From Selaginella moellendorffii (Eukaryota > Plantae > Lycopodiophyta): a stretch of DNA of 64,000 bases. Positions within the stretch are counted from its first letter, which is position 1, and each line of letters opens with the position of its first letter. The translations under genes and the position numbers were made by a program. Below the pieces are notes generated by a model. The model worked only from the letters and a program-made list of their open reading frames with translations, made no database searches and was not told where the DNA came from. Below, piece by piece: positions 60,081 to 64,000 of this stretch. The DNA lies in assembly GCF_000143415.4 (NCBI RefSeq), contig NW_003314269.1:869246-933245 (forward strand), written 5' to 3'.

Positions 60081-63000
60081 TTGAATTCAAGTAATCTTTC
60101 TAGTGCCATTTAGTGTAAGAATTCTGCTGCCCAAAATATCATGATTCTATACATTTAATAGACCAACCAATTTCCACCACCACTTAGATCTATAGACCTC
60201 ATGACACAAACCCCCACCATTAGATTTCCTAGTCAAGAGGCTAAAATATTTGTGGGTGAGATGGTGACATCAAAAGATGGGCATTCTAAATCTCATGATT
60301 TTGCTGGAAGCTTTTTTCTTTTTAATCTTTATATGCCTCATCTTAGAGTGATTAAAAACTGTATGATATTGTGCTTCTAGTGGGATTCCAAAGAGTACAC
60401 ACAGTCTTACATTGAAATTTATAATTACATTGTACTTCTTGATTTTGTGTGTCATTAGCATTAAATAAGTACTCCATACTCAGAAAATATCATGGTGCTA
60501 TAATGTATGTAAGCTTCATTTTAAAATTAGTGTTACTTATTACTGAAGTGCATTAGTTCAAATCTATAAAGCATGTGATTATGGGATGATATTTACATGT
60601 TTGCATGGATCCTTGAAACTTATACAAGGCTAGAAATTACTATTTTTCCAAATAGTTTAAATGCAATACAACCACAATATTTTAGTTCTAAAGGCTCATA
60701 TCAACATTCACAAATACTACTAATAGGAACATATTTCTAATACGTTTTTATGACCATTTAAGCATTAGGACTCTAGTTTAATATATCTCTATTTTGAGCC
60801 ACATAAAGATATCTATATTGAAAACATGTCAGAGGAGTACTTGTATATTAGAGATTTCAAATATGTTTTAACAACAATAAATCACTATTAGTACACAAAA
60901 GCTTGGAGGTTAAATATTCTTAAATATTTTTAATCTGATACTCAACTGCTCAATGTGGAATTGAGATTTCTTCTTAGTTATTATAAATTTATAACATTTA
61001 AAGCAACCAAGTGTTAGTGCTAAGTATAGCAAATTATTTGATTTTGAACCAGGAGATATATAGCTTAAAAGGTGAAATGTATGTCCCATGATACTTATAC
61101 TTGAAACCCATGTACTTTAGACCTTTTTGGCATGGTTAGAATCAGTTGTTACCAAAATGACATCATTAAAGAACACAAGCTGATTTACAATGATGTAGGC
61201 CTTGCAATTGCAATTGCAAAGAGTATGCAACTCTTATTAGTGTCTACACCACCAATAAAAACCCTAAATTTCCTTTCAGTTATTAGTCTTATTTTAGTTT
61301 TTAAAGCTGTATTAAAAATAAAAATTACTATTACTTGCTAGATTCTTTATTTATATTATTTTATAAAGATTTATAGTTTTAATAGTTGCATTTTTCTATG
61401 TAAATATTCCAAGTGTTAGTGTTAGTATCATTATTATAAATAAACAGATAAGGAATAGGAAACTTGTTTAATATTTAAGTTAGTCTGTTTACAAAAGGTA
61501 TATGGATTACTCAAGTTTTATTTGTGTTTTGATGTTTCTTCTTTTCTTAATTTTACAAGATCTTGTTTTCCTCTTTCTATTAGATCATACATCTCAAGGT
61601 ATATAAATATTTAATAATGTAATAACTAATATTTTTCTTTTTATTTCATATATATATATAGGCTTGGTCACTTTAAAAAATTCTATTGAAGCAACTACAA
61701 TACTTTGTAATGGTTGTGATACAACAAAGAACAAAGTTATATGTATGTTATGTAAGAGAGCTACTATCAATTCAAATCAAAGTATAAACTCTTTAAACGT
61801 TGCTAAATATTACATGGAAACTAATGCAATTTTAGCATTTGAAGTTGATTTAAGGTAATTAAAAACTAAAAAATTTCTTTATTTTCATTTATAAATGCTA
61901 AATTTCAGACTAGCTAAAGATAGCATATGTGAAAGCATATGCAATGAAATAGAGTTTCAACAAACACAGATATGTCAATCATGCTTATCAAATAATCTTA
62001 TTTTAGAATCTAAAAATAATTTTAATCACTTATAAATATAAATAAAATTAAGAAATTTTAAAAGAAAAGGCCATTCACAAGGAGAAAAATGTGATAAGAG
62101 TTTTGATAGAATTCTCATAATACTGTTCATAGTATTTTCTTTTTAATATAAGAAATTTTCATTTATTTGGGAATTTTAAATATTTTCATTAAGAAAATAT
62201 CAAACTAAAAAATGTTGGCATTTAAGTCATCAGATCAGGTTAACAAATACGAGAAAAAAATAAAAGCACTTGGGTTAGATATGGATTTAAGGGCTACAAA
62301 GAAATCAGCAGTTCAAGAGCTTTCTTATTTGGATGGTTTGATGACAAATTAATCAATCAAGTTGATGAGATTCATGAGATTTGAAACAACTTAAGAGGTT
62401 GCCCATAGAGAAGGAAGTAGGTGAGAAGCTATCTACCACACATTATAGTGTTATTGCTAATGCTACAAAGAAATATAGAGCTTTGTCAAGCATTGAAGTG
62501 TTGTGAGGACTTCTTTCTTTTAGCTCCACATTCTTTGCTTGAATTCTTTGCTCAAGGATCAATGAGGGTGTTGTCAACAGGCTTTATGGTATATAATCAA
62601 TAGTTGAAAGATTTAGGACCATAGTGTTGGGTCAAAGCAAACACTTATTCATTATTGTACTAGCCTACTGTCAAGGTCATGGGTTTCTCTTTTGTTTTAG
62701 ACTAAGTGTAATTAATTAGTGGGGGATTAATAATATATGACCTTTATGGCAGTTATCCATTGTGAGGGGTGAAAACCCTTGTATCAATTGTGAAAAAAAA
62801 AATACAAAAGAGGGTTTAATGGAAAGCAAAAAGCAAGTGGTGGTATGATGAAGAGCAATGATGACACTGCCAAAGAGGTTGGTGCCAAGGAGGACAAACT
62901 TTTGGATGGCTATGGTAACAAATAACATTAGAATGTGAAAAGGCTCAAGTCCCTAGGTAGCAATGGTTTTTATGTGCTTTAGTGTTTGTAAAGTTCCCCT

Positions 63001-63350
63001 CCACACTAAAATAAACCTTACAAAAGGAAGACTAATCAAAGGTTTCTCTATGGTATGAAATGACATAACAAAGTATCTTATGACTTGAAGTTGGATCCAC
63101 CTTTTCTTATCACTGTAATAAAAAGTGACATTGTTTTTATTGTACAGTAGCATCAAAACGATTAAATAAGAAGAAATAATTTTTATTATAGCTTGAAACT
63201 ATAGCATCAATTTTAAATGGTTGGAAGCTATATTGTTGGGAATAAAATTAAATAATAAATTTAATTTCTAAGAAATAGGCTATTGCACCAAAAGCAGCAT
63301 GGGATATCTTGTAAACTGCAATAGAGTGAGCACCATATATAAAGCTCCTC
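60081..63350. mobile_element. AT-rich degenerate transposon relic(s), class undetermined
   Basis: CpG-depleted, no long ORFs. Weak BED-finger-like KVICMLCK at ~61735-61755. Confidence 0.3.
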
Positions 63351-64000
63351 ATTACTAGCTTTGCCATCTTTGTTGTCTCCTCTCAATCATGATGCTACTA
63401 GTGTTAGAGAAGGGGGCAGGATTGGTGGCCAGGAAGGAAATATTGGTGGTCTTGTAACTCTACCACCTCTTAACTTTGTAGCATGTTTACTCTTTGTAAG
63501 AGAAAAAAAAATGAAGCCTTTAGAAGAGAAGAAAACATGGGCATAAGCTGGAGTGCAAACCTAAAGGACAGAGAAAAGAAAAAGAGGTTAACTTGTGAAA
63601 AAGTAAAATCAAAAAGCTTTGCTAAGCCAAAGCCACTCTCTTGGGTGAATATTCTTGATTTTGCAATGCATGGGTTAGCCTGCCCATGGGGTGATTGAGC
63701 ATGCAGCCATGGGTGCTAAAGGCCCAACCATAGCAGCTTGCCACAGCACTTGAACCTCCACATCCACTAGAGCTTGCTCAACCCAGCCATGGCAAGGATG
63801 GTGCTCAAGGCTGTCTAGATCCATGGCCTTAGTAGTGCTAGGCCATAGGAACCATAGCACTAGAAGCCTGGGAAAGCTATTGTATACATGCTAAAGATAC
63901 ATTGCCTAGCAAACAAATACCTTAAAAAAACCATTGAAAATTTTACAAAGTGTTGCTTGTATGTCTTTTATAAAGTAATGAATTTAATATAAAGAAACTT

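Noticed and set aside
59597-60113. His/Ile/Tyr/Thr-repeat ORFs
   Set aside because: Translations of a microsatellite spanning an N gap.
53400-60460. Possible Crypton/tyrosine-recombinase host interrupted by the Tcn1-like element (KIGTFTLSTMM, VFNHS)
   Set aside because: Motifs are too short, lie in inconsistent order and frames, and are stop-ridden; unsupported without an HMM search.

Overview
Eukaryotic plant genomic DNA. The very short (~50-60 nt) introns, tightly packed genes, PPR debris and a Tcn1-like chromovirus point to a compact lycophyte genome such as Selaginella (inference). Two gene-dense blocks alternate with AT-rich transposon graveyards. Block 1 (1-17.5 kb): SDIR1-like RING E3, mitochondrial SSB, PRP19/MAC3, a Pro-rich membrane protein, TAF8, HsfB, alpha-1,3-fucosyltransferase, CYP703-like P450, CKS1, 1-Cys peroxiredoxin. 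Block 2 (38.9-52 kb): a protein ending in an EAR-like motif, a GT106 O-fucosyltransferase, two WI12/NTF2-like genes, a UBC7-type E2, HIT4-like, IPP isomerase. The 17.6-38.2 kb interval is a nest. It holds a young full-length Ty3/gypsy element with a GGGAAAC slippery site and a predicted H-type pseudoknot for gag-pol -1 frameshifting. Next to it lies a heavily C>T/G>A-eroded copy of the same family in the opposite orientation. The halves of that eroded copy bracket an intact intronless BAHD acyltransferase, PPR and copia fragments, and an unclassified 6.1-kb retroelement with unusual ends. A Tcn1-like chromovirus, a MITE-like element, microsatellites, an assembly gap and further relics fill 52-64 kb. 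Exon boundaries were read by eye and family calls come from remembered motifs, not database searches.
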